In this document: piece by piece, positions 45,003 through 54,870 of the stretch
How the letters are laid out: each line of letters begins with the position of its first letter
Position numbering within the stretch: position 1 is the first letter of the stretch
From: Acidobacteriota bacterium
GTDB lineage: Bacteria > Acidobacteriota > Thermoanaerobaculia > Gp7-AA8
NCBI GenBank assembly: GCA_019244185.1
Contig: JAFATB010000012.1
Location: 118,996 to 182,995 of the forward strand
Reading direction: 5' to 3'
DNA: 64,000 nt
Program-made: the position numbers and the translations under genes
Notes under the pieces: model-generated
Database searches by the model: none
What the model saw: the letters and a program-made list of their open reading frames with translations, nothing else
Told to the model about the DNA's origin: nothing

Positions 45003-45050
45003 CCGGCGCGGCCGGCTGCGCTGAAGGCCTAGCCAACGTGCACGTGCGGC
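45003..45050 (-). repeat. Dispersed intergenic repeat, copy 3 (inverted)
   Basis: Reverse complement GCCGCACGTGCACGTTGGCTAGGCCTTCAGCGCAGCCGGCCGCGCCGG; 41/48 identical to copy 2. Confidence 0.8.
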
Positions 45051-45073
45051 TGGCGGAAGAGCACAATTAGGGC

Positions 45074-45775
45074 GTGACGCTCGCGGAGACTCGCATCGCG
45101 CTCGTGGAGGATGATCCGGACCTCGCGTTCACGGTGCGGCTGAACCTCGAGCGCGCGGGCTACGTCGTCGGGAGTTTCGCGAACGGCCACGACGGACTGC
45201 GCGCGGTGCAGGCGGGCGGCTTCTCGTTTCTCATCCTCGATCTGAACCTGCCGGACCTCGACGGCTTCACGATCTGCCGCGAGCTGCGGTCGCATCCGCC
45301 GACCGCGAAGCTGCCGATTCTCATCCTCACGGCGCGCAGCGCGGAAGGCGATCGCATCATGGGACTCGAGCTCGGCGCGGACGACTACCTCACCAAGCCG
45401 TTCAGCGTCCGCGAGCTCCTCGCGCGCGTTGCCGCGGTCCTGCGCCGCGCGAAGGGAAGCGAGGGCGAAGGCGAGGTGTACGACGACGGCGAGCTGCGCA
45501 TCGATCCGCGCACGCTGCGCGTGCACGTGCGCGGCGAAGAGGTGAAGCTCGCAAAGAAAGAGTTCGAGCTCTTATGGATGCTCGTACGGCTGCGGCCCGC
45601 GGTCGTGCCGCGCGAGCGGATCCTCGCGGAGATCTGGCAGGTCGCCGAGGATGTGGAGACGCGGACGGTGGACGCGCATGTGCGGAACCTGCGGCGGAAG
45701 ATCGGAAAAGACCGCATCACCACGCTGATCGGCTCGGGCTATCGCTTCGAGGCAGCGCCGGGCTCGCCTAGTTGA
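45074..45775 (+). CDS. OmpR/PhoB-family response regulator
   Basis: VEDD, LDLNLP..DG, GADDYLTKPF, RTVDAHVRNLRRK, GSGYRF. Confidence 0.95.
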   Translation: MTLAETRIALVEDDPDLAFTVRLNLERAGYVVGSFANGHDGLRAVQAGGFSFLILDLNLPDLDGFTICRELRSHPPTAKLPILILTARSAEGDRIMGLELGADDYLTKPFSVRELLARVAAVLRRAKGSEGEGEVYDDGELRIDPRTLRVHVRGEEVKLAKKEFELLWMLVRLRPAVVPRERILAEIWQVAEDVETRTVDAHVRNLRRKIGKDRITTLIGSGYRFEAAPGSPS

Positions 45776-45802
45776 CATAGAATTCGCCCGCCTTCCAGGA
45801 GG

Positions 45803-46429
45803 ATGTTCGTGGCGCGCTTTCGACTGATCCCCCGTGAGGAGAAGTTCTACGACGACTTCAAGCTGATGGCGGACCAGCTCCGCCACGGCGCGCGCCTGCT
45901 CGAGCAGATGCTCGCCACCGATCCTCCCATCGCCGACAAAGAGCACGAGATCAAGGAAGTCGAGCATCAGTGCGACTTCCTCACTCACGGCATCATCCAG
46001 CGCCTCAACAAGACCTTCGTCACGCCGATCGACCGCGAAGACATCCACGAGCTCGCGCGCACGCTCGACGACGTCATGGACGCCATCGACAACGCCGCCG
46101 CGCTCTTCGCGCTCTACCGCATCGACCGCATCCGCACCGGCGCGCGCGAGCTCACGCGCATCATCATTCAGCAGACCGACGAGATCCGCGCCGCGGTCGA
46201 AGCGCTGGAGCGGCGCACCGGCGTGCTCGAACGCGCCATCGAGATCAACCGCCTCGAGAACGAGGCCGACCGCATTCACAAGCTCGCCATCGGCCAGCTC
46301 TTCGACGAAGAGACGAACCCGATCGTGGTCATCAAGTGGAAAGAGATCTACGACCTGCTCGAGGAAGCGACCGACGCCTGCGAAGACGTCGCGAACCTGC
46401 TCGAGAACGTCGTCGTGAAGCACGGCTGA
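45803..46429 (+). CDS. DUF47 phosphate transport regulator
   Basis: EH.CD...H.I...LNKTFVTPIDREDI, LENEAD, LEEATDACEDVA; adjacent to Pit. Confidence 0.92.
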   Translation: MFVARFRLIPREEKFYDDFKLMADQLRHGARLLEQMLATDPPIADKEHEIKEVEHQCDFLTHGIIQRLNKTFVTPIDREDIHELARTLDDVMDAIDNAAALFALYRIDRIRTGARELTRIIIQQTDEIRAAVEALERRTGVLERAIEINRLENEADRIHKLAIGQLFDEETNPIVVIKWKEIYDLLEEATDACEDVANLLENVVVKHG

Positions 46430-46433
46430 ACCG

Positions 46434-47429
46434 ATGCTGCTGCTGACCGTCGTCGCGCTGATCACCGTCGCGCTCGCGTTCGACTACATCAACGGCTTTC
46501 ACGACGCCGCGAACTCCATCGCCACCGTCGTCTCGACGCGCGTGCTCTCGCCGGGGCAGGCCGTCATCTGGGCCGCCGCCTTCAACTTCATCGCCGCGTT
46601 CACCTTCGGTACGGCGGTGGCCAAGACCATCGGCAAGGGGATGATCGAGCTCTCCGCGGTGACGTTCGGCGTCATCTTCGGCGGGCTCATGGGCGCCATC
46701 ATCTGGGACCTCATCACCTGGTACTTCGGCCTGCCGACGAGCTCGTCGCACGCGCTCATCGGCGGCTACGCCGGCGCGGCCGTCGCGAATTACGGTCCCG
46801 ACGCGATCATCAGCTCCGGCTGGACGAAGACGCTCATCTACATCGTCATCGCCCCGCTCCTCGGCATGGTGCTGGCGTTTCTCATCAGCGTCCTCACGCT
46901 CCACGTGTTTCGACGCGCCACGCCACGCCGCGTCGACCGCGTGTTCCGCAAACTGCAGCTCGTCTCCGCCGCCGCGTACAGCCTGGGCCACGGCGGCAAC
47001 GACGCGCAGAAGACCATGGGCATCATCGCCGGCGTGCTCTTCACCGCCGGCTACATCAAGACCTTCGACATCTCGCTGTGGGTGATCCTCGCCGCGCACG
47101 CCGCGATCGCCCTCGGCACGCTCAGCGGCGGCTGGCGCATCATCCACACGATGGGCAGCAAGATCACGCGCCTGCAGCCGGTGGGCGGCTTTGCGGCCGA
47201 GACCGCCGGCGCGATCACGCTCTTCATGGCTACCTCGTTCGGCGTGCCGGTCAGCACCACGCACACGATCACCGGCGCGATCGTCGGCGTCGGCGCGACG
47301 CGGAGGCTCTCCGCCGTGCGCTGGGGCATCGCCGGGCGCATCGTCTGGGCGTGGGTGCTCACGATTCCGATGTCCGGCCTCATCGGCGCGATCGTGTTCT
47401 GGATCTGGCGCGCGTGCGGCGGGCGGTAG
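46434..47429 (+). CDS. pit: Inorganic phosphate transporter (PiT family)
   Basis: NGFHDAANSIAT, GLPTSSSHALIGG, HGGNDAQK, PVSTTH. Confidence 0.95.
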   Translation: MLLLTVVALITVALAFDYINGFHDAANSIATVVSTRVLSPGQAVIWAAAFNFIAAFTFGTAVAKTIGKGMIELSAVTFGVIFGGLMGAIIWDLITWYFGLPTSSSHALIGGYAGAAVANYGPDAIISSGWTKTLIYIVIAPLLGMVLAFLISVLTLHVFRRATPRRVDRVFRKLQLVSAAAYSLGHGGNDAQKTMGIIAGVLFTAGYIKTFDISLWVILAAHAAIALGTLSGGWRIIHTMGSKITRLQPVGGFAAETAGAITLFMATSFGVPVSTTHTITGAIVGVGATRRLSAVRWGIAGRIVWAWVLTIPMSGLIGAIVFWIWRACGGR

Positions 47430-47516
47430 ACGCCGCGCCGCGGGCCGGCCGCAATTTTTCTCGTATACTCGCCGTTTCACAGCACCTGGACCGAGAAATC
47501 CATTCGAGGTAAGTTC

Positions 47517-47738
47517 ATGAAACCAGAGATCCATCCCAAGTATCAGCAGGTCAACGTGCACTGCGCGTGCGGCGAGCAGTGGACCACCGGCTCCACCCGC
47601 AAAGAGCTCCGCGTCGAGATCTGCTCGAAGTGCCACCCGTTCTTCACCGGCAAGCAGAAGCTCGTCGACACGGCAGGCCGCATCGACCGCTTCACCAAGA
47701 AATACGCGAAGGTCCCGGCCAAGGCGGCGGGCAAGTAA
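47517..47738 (+). CDS. rpmE: 50S ribosomal protein L31 (Zn-binding type)
   Basis: MKPEIHPKY...CACG...[24 protein letters not shown]. Confidence 0.97.
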   Translation: MKPEIHPKYQQVNVHCACGEQWTTGSTRKELRVEICSKCHPFFTGKQKLVDTAGRIDRFTKKYAKVPAKAAGK

Positions 47739-48769
47739 TGTCGTTCGGGCGCTCCTGGCGCGGCGCGGCGCGGCTCATCGCGGGGGCGTTCGGCGCCTTC
47801 ACGAACGGGATCACGTCCGCGATGCCGAGCCAGGGCGACCGCCCCGGCAGCGACCGTAACGTCGACATGCTCATCGGCGGTCAGGCCGTGCTCGAGGGCG
47901 TCATGATGCGCTCGCTGACCGGCTACTCCGTCGCGGTCCGCCAGCCGGATGGCGGCGTCTCCATCCGTAAGGACAAGCTGACCTCCGTCACCGCGAAGTA
48001 TCCGTTCCTCAAGTTCCCCGTCCTGCGCGGCTCGGTCGTTCTGATCCAGTCGCTCATCCTCGGCATGCGCGCGCTGAACTTCTCCGCGAGTGTCGCCGGC
48101 GAAGGGGAGGACGGCGAAACGGAGATGTCGAACTGGGCCATCGCCAGTTCGATGCTGCTCGCGCTCGTCCTCGGCGTCGGCCTCTTCATCCTCGCGCCGC
48201 TCGGCATCACCAATGCCATCCGCCACTGGCTGTGGCCGCACATGGGGAACGTCACGTACAACGCCGTCGACGGACTCCTGCGCGCGCTGTTCTTCTTCGT
48301 CTACATCGCCTCGATCTCGATGATGGACGAGATCCGCCGCGTGTTTCAGTACCACGGCGCCGAACACAAGACCGTGTTCACCTTCGAGGCGAACGAAGAT
48401 CTCACCGTCGAGAACGCCCGCGGCAAGTCGACGCTGCATCCGCGCTGCGGCACGAGCTTCCTGATGTTCGTCATGGCCATCTCGATCCTCGTCTTCTCGC
48501 TGATCCCCGCCACCGCGCCGTTCATCGCCAAGTTCGGCGCGCGCGTCGTGCTCATCCCGCTCATCGCCGGCCTCGCCTACGAGGTCATCCGCTTCTCCGC
48601 GCGCCACCTCGGCAATCCCGTCTGCCGCACGCTGATCCAGCCCGGCCTCTGGCTGCAGCGGATCACCACCAAAGAGCCGGACGACCAGCAGCTCGAGATC
48701 GCCCTCATCGCCCTCAAAGAAGCGCTGCTGTACGACGCCGTCGAGCCCGAGCAAGCCGCCGTCGCTTAG
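47738..48769 (+). CDS. DUF1385 (YqhQ-like) membrane protein
   Basis: GGQAVLEGVMMR, FQYHGAEHK, LHPRCGTSF, PGLWLQRITTKEPD. Confidence 0.92.
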   Translation: MSFGRSWRGAARLIAGAFGAFTNGITSAMPSQGDRPGSDRNVDMLIGGQAVLEGVMMRSLTGYSVAVRQPDGGVSIRKDKLTSVTAKYPFLKFPVLRGSVVLIQSLILGMRALNFSASVAGEGEDGETEMSNWAIASSMLLALVLGVGLFILAPLGITNAIRHWLWPHMGNVTYNAVDGLLRALFFFVYIASISMMDEIRRVFQYHGAEHKTVFTFEANEDLTVENARGKSTLHPRCGTSFLMFVMAISILVFSLIPATAPFIAKFGARVVLIPLIAGLAYEVIRFSARHLGNPVCRTLIQPGLWLQRITTKEPDDQQLEIALIALKEALLYDAVEPEQAAVA

Positions 48770-48820
48770 CGACTCTCCGCGCACACTCTTTCCTTCTCAT
48801 ATCTGAGGAGCGCCGTTGCC

Positions 48821-49891
<1,071 letters not shown>

Positions 49892-49902
49892 ACTCCGACC
49901 CG

Positions 49903-50115
49903 ATGCCCGCCACGCTCGAAGACGCGCGCCGGATTGCGATGGAACTGACGCGCGATGACCGGCTGCAACTTGCGGAAGAGCTTGCGGCGACTTCGTACGA
50001 TGCCCGCTGGCTGGCTTCCTGGCGTGCGGAGGTGAACCGTCGAGCGGCGGATCTCGAGAGCGGTGAAGATCCCGGCCTGACGCCGGACGAGTTCTGGTCT
50101 GACGACATCGCGTGA
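49903..50115 (+). CDS. Putative addiction-module antitoxin (TIGR02574-like)
   Basis: L...DRLQLAEEL....W..EV.RR...LESG....LT.DEFW; GTGA-coupled to a ParE-like gene. Confidence 0.8.
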   Translation: MPATLEDARRIAMELTRDDRLQLAEELAATSYDARWLASWRAEVNRRAADLESGEDPGLTPDEFWSDDIA

Positions 50116-50400
50116 GGGTCGTCTTCTCGAGCAACGCGCGTGCGGATCGTCGCGAGGCTCAGGCGTATTACGCGAGCAAGTCGCCGGCGGCGGCCGACGC
50201 CTTCCGCCGCGAGTTGCGGCACGCACTCCAATTTCTCACCGAGTTTCCCGCCGGCGCGCCCGTGTATTTCGACGACGTTCGCGCCAAAATCATGCGGAAC
50301 TTCCCGTACACGATCTTCTATCGCGTGATTCGAGACGGATCTTCGTCCTCGCCATCGCAAATCAAGCGCGCGATCCGCGGCAATATCCGGATCGCGAACG
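50112..50400 (+). pseudogene. RelE/ParE-family toxin, frameshifted near 50335
   Basis: MRVVFS..A..D...A..YY...FPYTIFYRV; the expected C-terminus IFVLAIANQARDP is in the -1 frame from 50339. Confidence 0.7.
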
Positions 50401-50408
50401 CATTCGCC

Positions 50409-50450
50409 TTGACAAATACGAACTCCGACCGCATATTCGCGAAAGCGAAT
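50409..50450 (+). promoter_or_regulatory. sigma70 promoter plus palindromic operator upstream of arsM
   Basis: TTGACA (50409), 17 nt, CATATT (50432); ATTCGC-GAAA-GCGAAT inverted repeat at 50435-50450. Confidence 0.7.
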
Positions 50451-50467
50451 GTGAGCGGAGGGTTCGT

Positions 50468-51214
50468 ATGGATATCAAAGAAGCGGTTCGCGACAAATAC
50501 GCGCAGGCTGCGCGCTCGGTGAGTTCGGGCAAGGCGTCGTGCTGCGGCGGGTCGGCGTGCGGGACGGCGGGTCCGATCACCTCGAATCTCTATGGCGATG
50601 AAACGGCGGGACTGCCGGAAGAGGCGCTGCTGGCGTCGCTCGGCTGCGGGAATCCGACGCTGCTCGCGGAACTGCATCCCGGCGAGACGGTGCTCGACCT
50701 CGGCAGCGGCGGCGGCATCGACGTCCTGCTTTCCGCGCGGCGCGTCGGACCGGAGGGGAAGGCGTACGGCCTCGACATGACGGACGAGATGCTCGCGCTG
50801 GCGAACGAGAACAAGCGCCGCGCGGGCGCGGAGAACGTGGAGTTCCTGCGCGGCGAGATCGAGCAGATCCCGCTGCCGGACGGCTCGGTCGACGTCATCC
50901 TCTCGAACTGCGTCATCAATCTCTCGACGGACAAGCCGCGCGTGCTCGCGGAAGCGTTCCGCGTGCTGCGGCCCGGCGGGCGCTTCGCGGTGTCCGACGT
51001 CATCCGCCGGCGCGAGGACATCCCCGAGGAGCTCGCGCGCGACGTCGAAGCGTGGACGGGCTGCATCGCCGGCGCGCTGCACGAGCGCGAGTACGCGCGG
51101 CTGCTCGCGGACGCCGGCTTCACGTCGATCGACATCGAGCCGGTGCGGGTTTACGAAGAGTATGGCGACGGCGCGTTCATGAGCGGTTTCGTCCGCGCGC
51201 GAAAGCCGTCGTAA
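50468..51214 (+). CDS. arsM: Arsenite S-adenosylmethionine methyltransferase
   Basis: [37 protein letters not shown]. Confidence 0.92.
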   Translation: MDIKEAVRDKYAQAARSVSSGKASCCGGSACGTAGPITSNLYGDETAGLPEEALLASLGCGNPTLLAELHPGETVLDLGSGGGIDVLLSARRVGPEGKAYGLDMTDEMLALANENKRRAGAENVEFLRGEIEQIPLPDGSVDVILSNCVINLSTDKPRVLAEAFRVLRPGGRFAVSDVIRRREDIPEELARDVEAWTGCIAGALHEREYARLLADAGFTSIDIEPVRVYEEYGDGAFMSGFVRARKPS

Positions 51215-51225
51215 CATCGCACGCG

Positions 51226-51867
51226 ATGAAGGATCGGATCGACGCCATTCTCCGACGCAACCAGGCGGAGTATCTCGAGTCGCTGCTGCCGCCGCGCGAT
51301 GCGTTGCTCGAAGAGATGGAGAAGTTCGCGGACGAGCACGGGCATCCGATTGCCGACCCGGAGGTCGCGCAGTTGATGCGCGCGCTCGTCCGCGCGGCCT
51401 CGCCGCGGCGCGTTTTGGAAGTCGGCACGAACATCGGCTACTCGGTGGTCGTCATGGGGCGCGAGTGTCCGGCGGAGGCGCTCATCGAGACGATCGAGAT
51501 CGATCACAACACGCTCGCGGTGGCGCGCCGCTTCGTCGGTGAAGCGGCGCTGCCGTGCCGCGTCGTCTTTCATGAGGGCGCGGCGCTGGAGGTGCTGCCG
51601 CGGCTCACGGGGCCGTTCGACTTCGTCTTCATCGACTGCGTGAAGACCGAGTACGAGGCGTATCTCGACGCGCTGCTGCCGAAGCTCGAGCGCGGCGCGA
51701 TGATCGTCTGCGACAACCTGCTCTGGAAAGGACAGGTCGCCGCGGGCGAGCACGACGCGGCGACGGATGCGCTGCGCGCGTTCAACCGCAGGCTTTCCTC
51801 CGATCCGCGGCTCGTGACATCCATCCTTCCGCTCGGAGACGGCACTGGCATTTCCGTCGTGGTGTAA
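51226..51867 (+). CDS. O-methyltransferase (YrrM/COMT-like)
   Basis: VLEVGTNIGYS, FDFVFID..K..Y, DNLLW.G, LPLGDG. Confidence 0.9.
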   Translation: MKDRIDAILRRNQAEYLESLLPPRDALLEEMEKFADEHGHPIADPEVAQLMRALVRAASPRRVLEVGTNIGYSVVVMGRECPAEALIETIEIDHNTLAVARRFVGEAALPCRVVFHEGAALEVLPRLTGPFDFVFIDCVKTEYEAYLDALLPKLERGAMIVCDNLLWKGQVAAGEHDAATDALRAFNRRLSSDPRLVTSILPLGDGTGISVVV

Positions 51868-51870
51868 ATG

Positions 51871-51900
51871 AAAAAAAGCCGGCGTTGCCGCCGGCTTTTG
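51871..51900. terminator. Bidirectional intrinsic terminator
   Basis: AAAAAAAGCCGGCG-TTGC-CGCCGGCTTTT between convergent genes. Confidence 0.85.
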
Positions 51901-51924
51901 TTCCGTCGATGCGGAGTGAGGTGG

Positions 51925-53010
51925 TTACTTGCTGTTCGACGCGCTGGCCGTGGCGGTCTTGACCGTGCCCTTGAGGGGAACGACGACCATCGGCTTCGTC
52001 TTGTCGTTGGTGTAGATCGTGACGTTACCGTCGAGCGGGCCCTTCGCGTCCTTGCCGACCTGGAGCGTGACTTCATACTCGCCCTTGTTGGCGGTCGGCT
52101 TCACTTCGGCGGTGACGCCCGGGACGCCCGACTCCGCCTTGGTGACGACGAAGTTTTCGGGAGTCTTGAGGTCGTTCGAGCGGACGATCACGCTGCGGGT
52201 CGCGGCCGCATCGGTCGGCGCGACTTCGCCGAAGTTCACGCCGCTCGGCTCGACGCGGAACGTCGGACGGACGACGCCGGAGACGCTGATGTAGTAGTCC
52301 GGCTGGTGCTTGGAGGTGGTGATGACGTGGACCTTCTCGGCGAGCGGACCGACGCGCGAGTCGGGGCCGCCGACGGTGATGTCGAGCTTGTACTGGTTGG
52401 CGCCGGCGCGGCCGACGTTCGGGAGGTTGTCCTTGGCGTCGAGCTTCTTCGCGTCGACGTGGATCCAGTCCTGCGGGCTCTCGACCTTCACGATCTCGAA
52501 CGGATCGGTCTCTTCGGAGTAGAGCGTGACGCTCTGCTTGTCGATGTCGCCCTGCAGCATGTTGAAGCGGACGAAGCCGGCGGGATACGCCTCGACGAAC
52601 GGCTTGACCACGGCGGTGATCGTCACCTGCGCGTTCGGCGTCGCCGGATCGTTCGACTCGATCGTGATCGTCTTGGCGATCGGACCGGCGAAGTTCGTGG
52701 TGTCGACGTGCGCGGAAACCTTGCCGGTCTGGCCGGCCTTGATGACCTTGTCGAAGTCGGCGACGGTGCAGCCGCAGGACGGGCGCGCCGCGATGATCTC
52801 CAGGTCGGAGGCGCCGGTGTTGCGGATCTCGAACGCCCAGTCGAGCTTCTCACCCTTCGGCACCGTACCGAAGTCCTTGATGGGGGTGACGACCAGCAGC
52901 TTGGGCGCCTTCGAGTTGTCCTTCGCCGCGGCCGTCTCAGCGGCGACGGCAAACGGGGCCACGATCGACAGAGCCAGTGCGATCGTCAGGGCAAAGATTC
53001 GCTTCGACAT
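51925..53010 (-). CDS. Secreted DUF1573-domain protein
   Basis: AGGAGG SD; signal peptide; DFG.V..G.....F.I.NTG...L.I....PSCGCT; further Ig-like repeats. Confidence 0.88.
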   Translation of the reverse strand: MSKRIFALTIALALSIVAPFAVAAETAAAKDNSKAPKLLVVTPIKDFGTVPKGEKLDWAFEIRNTGASDLEIIAARPSCGCTVADFDKVIKAGQTGKVSAHVDTTNFAGPIAKTITIESNDPATPNAQVTITAVVKPFVEAYPAGFVRFNMLQGDIDKQSVTLYSEETDPFEIVKVESPQDWIHVDAKKLDAKDNLPNVGRAGANQYKLDITVGGPDSRVGPLAEKVHVITTSKHQPDYYISVSGVVRPTFRVEPSGVNFGEVAPTDAAATRSVIVRSNDLKTPENFVVTKAESGVPGVTAEVKPTANKGEYEVTLQVGKDAKGPLDGNVTIYTNDKTKPMVVVPLKGTVKTATASASNSK

Positions 53011-53136
53011 TGATCCTCCTGTGGTTGAACCGTTACGTTGGGTCAGCGTGTCGAACAGCCCCGCAAAAGGGGCCATTCCAATGTGATTTCATGTCCCGGC
53101 CGCGGGAAAGCACGAATTTTGCGAAGTGGACGGACG

Positions 53137-54576
53137 ATGCCGCACATCAAACAGTTGAACGAAGTCAAACGAGTCTATCTGATCGGAATCTGCGGGACGG
53201 CGATGGCGTCGCTGGCCGGCATGCTCCAGCAGCGCGGTTACGAGGTGGCCGGCTCGGACGAGCATGTCTATCCGCCGATGTCGACGTATCTCGAGCGTCT
53301 CCGGATCCCGGTGCTCGAGGGGTATACGAAACAGCATCTGGAGACGTTTCGGCCGGATCTCGTCGTGATCGGCAACGTGGCCGCGAATACGAACCCCGAG
53401 GCGGCCGCGACGGTGGAGATGGACCTGCCGTATACGTCAATGCCGGAGGCGATCTACCACCTCTTCATCAAAGACCGGCACTCGATCGTCGTCACCGGCA
53501 CGCACGGCAAGACCACGACGACCTCGCTGATGGCGTGGATCCTCGAGGCCGCCGGCCGCGATCCGAGCATGGTCGTGGGGGGCATCCCGGTCAACTTCAA
53601 TCAGAACTTCAAGCTCGGCGACGGCGCCGACTTCGTCATCGAAGGCGACGAGTACAACACGTCCTTCTTCGACAAAGGTCCGAAGTTCCTCCACTACCAC
53701 GCGAACACGCTGCTCGTGAACAACATCGAGTTCGACCACGCCGACATCTACGCGAACCTCGACGCGATCGTCGGCGCGTTCAGAAAGGCGGTCGAACAGG
53801 TCGCGCCCGGCGACGTCATCCTCGCCAACGGCGACGACGCGAACGTCCGCCCGCTGCGCACCTCCGCGCGCGGCCGCTGGATCACGTTCGGCTGGGACGA
53901 GCACTGCGACACGTACGCGACCCACGTCGAGCTGCTTCCGGATGGCAGCGAGTTCACGGCGTGGTGGGAAGGCAAAGAGTGGGCGCGCTTCCGCACGACG
54001 CTCTCCGGCCGCCACAACGTCCTCAACGCGCTCGCCGACGCCGCCATCGCGCGGCTGCGCGGGCTCTCCGCCGACGAGATCCAGAAGGGATTGGAGACGT
54101 TCCAGGGCATCAAGCGGCGCATGGAAGTGCGCGGCGTCGAGCGCGGCGTCACGGTCATCGACGACTTCGCGCATCATCCGACCGCCATCGCCACGACGCT
54201 CGACGGCGCGCGCAAGCGCTATCCCGGCCGGAAAATCTGGGCGCTCTTCGAGCCGCGCTCGATCTCGTCGTCGCGCAAGGAATTCGAGAGCGGCTACATC
54301 GACGCGTTCCATGAGGCCGACCGCGTCGTCATCGGACCGATCTTCCACCGCGACCGCTACGAGACGCGCTACGGACTCGACAAGATGATGTCGGTCCCGG
54401 CCATCGTCGAGCGGCTGCGGCACGACGGCATTCCGGTGACGCAGATCGACAACTTCGACGCCATCGCCGCGCACGTCGCGAAGGAAGCGGGCGAAGGCGA
54501 CGTCGTGCTGGTGATGTCGTCGGGCGCGTTCGGTGGCGTGCACGAGAAGATCCTCGAGGCGCTCCGTTCGGAATAG
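53137..54576 (+). CDS. mpl: Murein peptide ligase (MurC/Mpl family)
   Basis: IGICGTAMASLA, YPPMST, TGTHGKTTT, EGDEY...FFDK.PKFLHY, EFDHADIY, DDFAHHPTAI, FEPRS. Confidence 0.9.
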   Translation: MPHIKQLNEVKRVYLIGICGTAMASLAGMLQQRGYEVAGSDEHVYPPMSTYLERLRIPVLEGYTKQHLETFRPDLVVIGNVAANTNPEAAATVEMDLPYTSMPEAIYHLFIKDRHSIVVTGTHGKTTTTSLMAWILEAAGRDPSMVVGGIPVNFNQNFKLGDGADFVIEGDEYNTSFFDKGPKFLHYHANTLLVNNIEFDHADIYANLDAIVGAFRKAVEQVAPGDVILANGDDANVRPLRTSARGRWITFGWDEHCDTYATHVELLPDGSEFTAWWEGKEWARFRTTLSGRHNVLNALADAAIARLRGLSADEIQKGLETFQGIKRRMEVRGVERGVTVIDDFAHHPTAIATTLDGARKRYPGRKIWALFEPRSISSSRKEFESGYIDAFHEADRVVIGPIFHRDRYETRYGLDKMMSVPAIVERLRHDGIPVTQIDNFDAIAAHVAKEAGEGDVVLVMSSGAFGGVHEKILEALRSE

Positions 54577-54633
54577 CGAAGATAGGGCGGGCGTTCTTCC
54601 GCGCTCAACGCAGTCTCAAACAAGGGGAGAGCC

Positions 54634-54792
54634 ATGCCCGATCAGAAAGCCCACGACCTGCTGCGCAAGCACAACATTCACGTCGACGACGTGAAGGAGC
54701 GCCGCACGTCGCTGCACCACCTCCGTCAGATCGTTCGCGCGGAAGACCTTCCGTTCGACGTCTTCAAAGCGCTCGTCAAGCTCCGCCGCTAA
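54634..54792 (+). CDS. 52-aa small protein (below ORF-track cutoff)
   Basis: AGGGGAG SD; MPDQKAHDLLRKHNIHVDDVKERRTSLHHLRQIVRAEDLPFDVFKALVKLRR; genome-typical codon usage. Confidence 0.7.
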   Translation: MPDQKAHDLLRKHNIHVDDVKERRTSLHHLRQIVRAEDLPFDVFKALVKLRR

Positions 54793-54870
54793 GCGGCCGC
54801 AGCCACGCGCGGGAGTCGCCGGACGGCGGGTGCCAGCCCGCCGCTCCGTTTGACTTACAATCTCCGGCCC

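Noticed and set aside
45770-45790. Possible pho box upstream of DUF47-pit
   Set aside because: Only one half-site-like TTGACAT and no 11-bp direct repeat; TAGAAT is explained as a -10.
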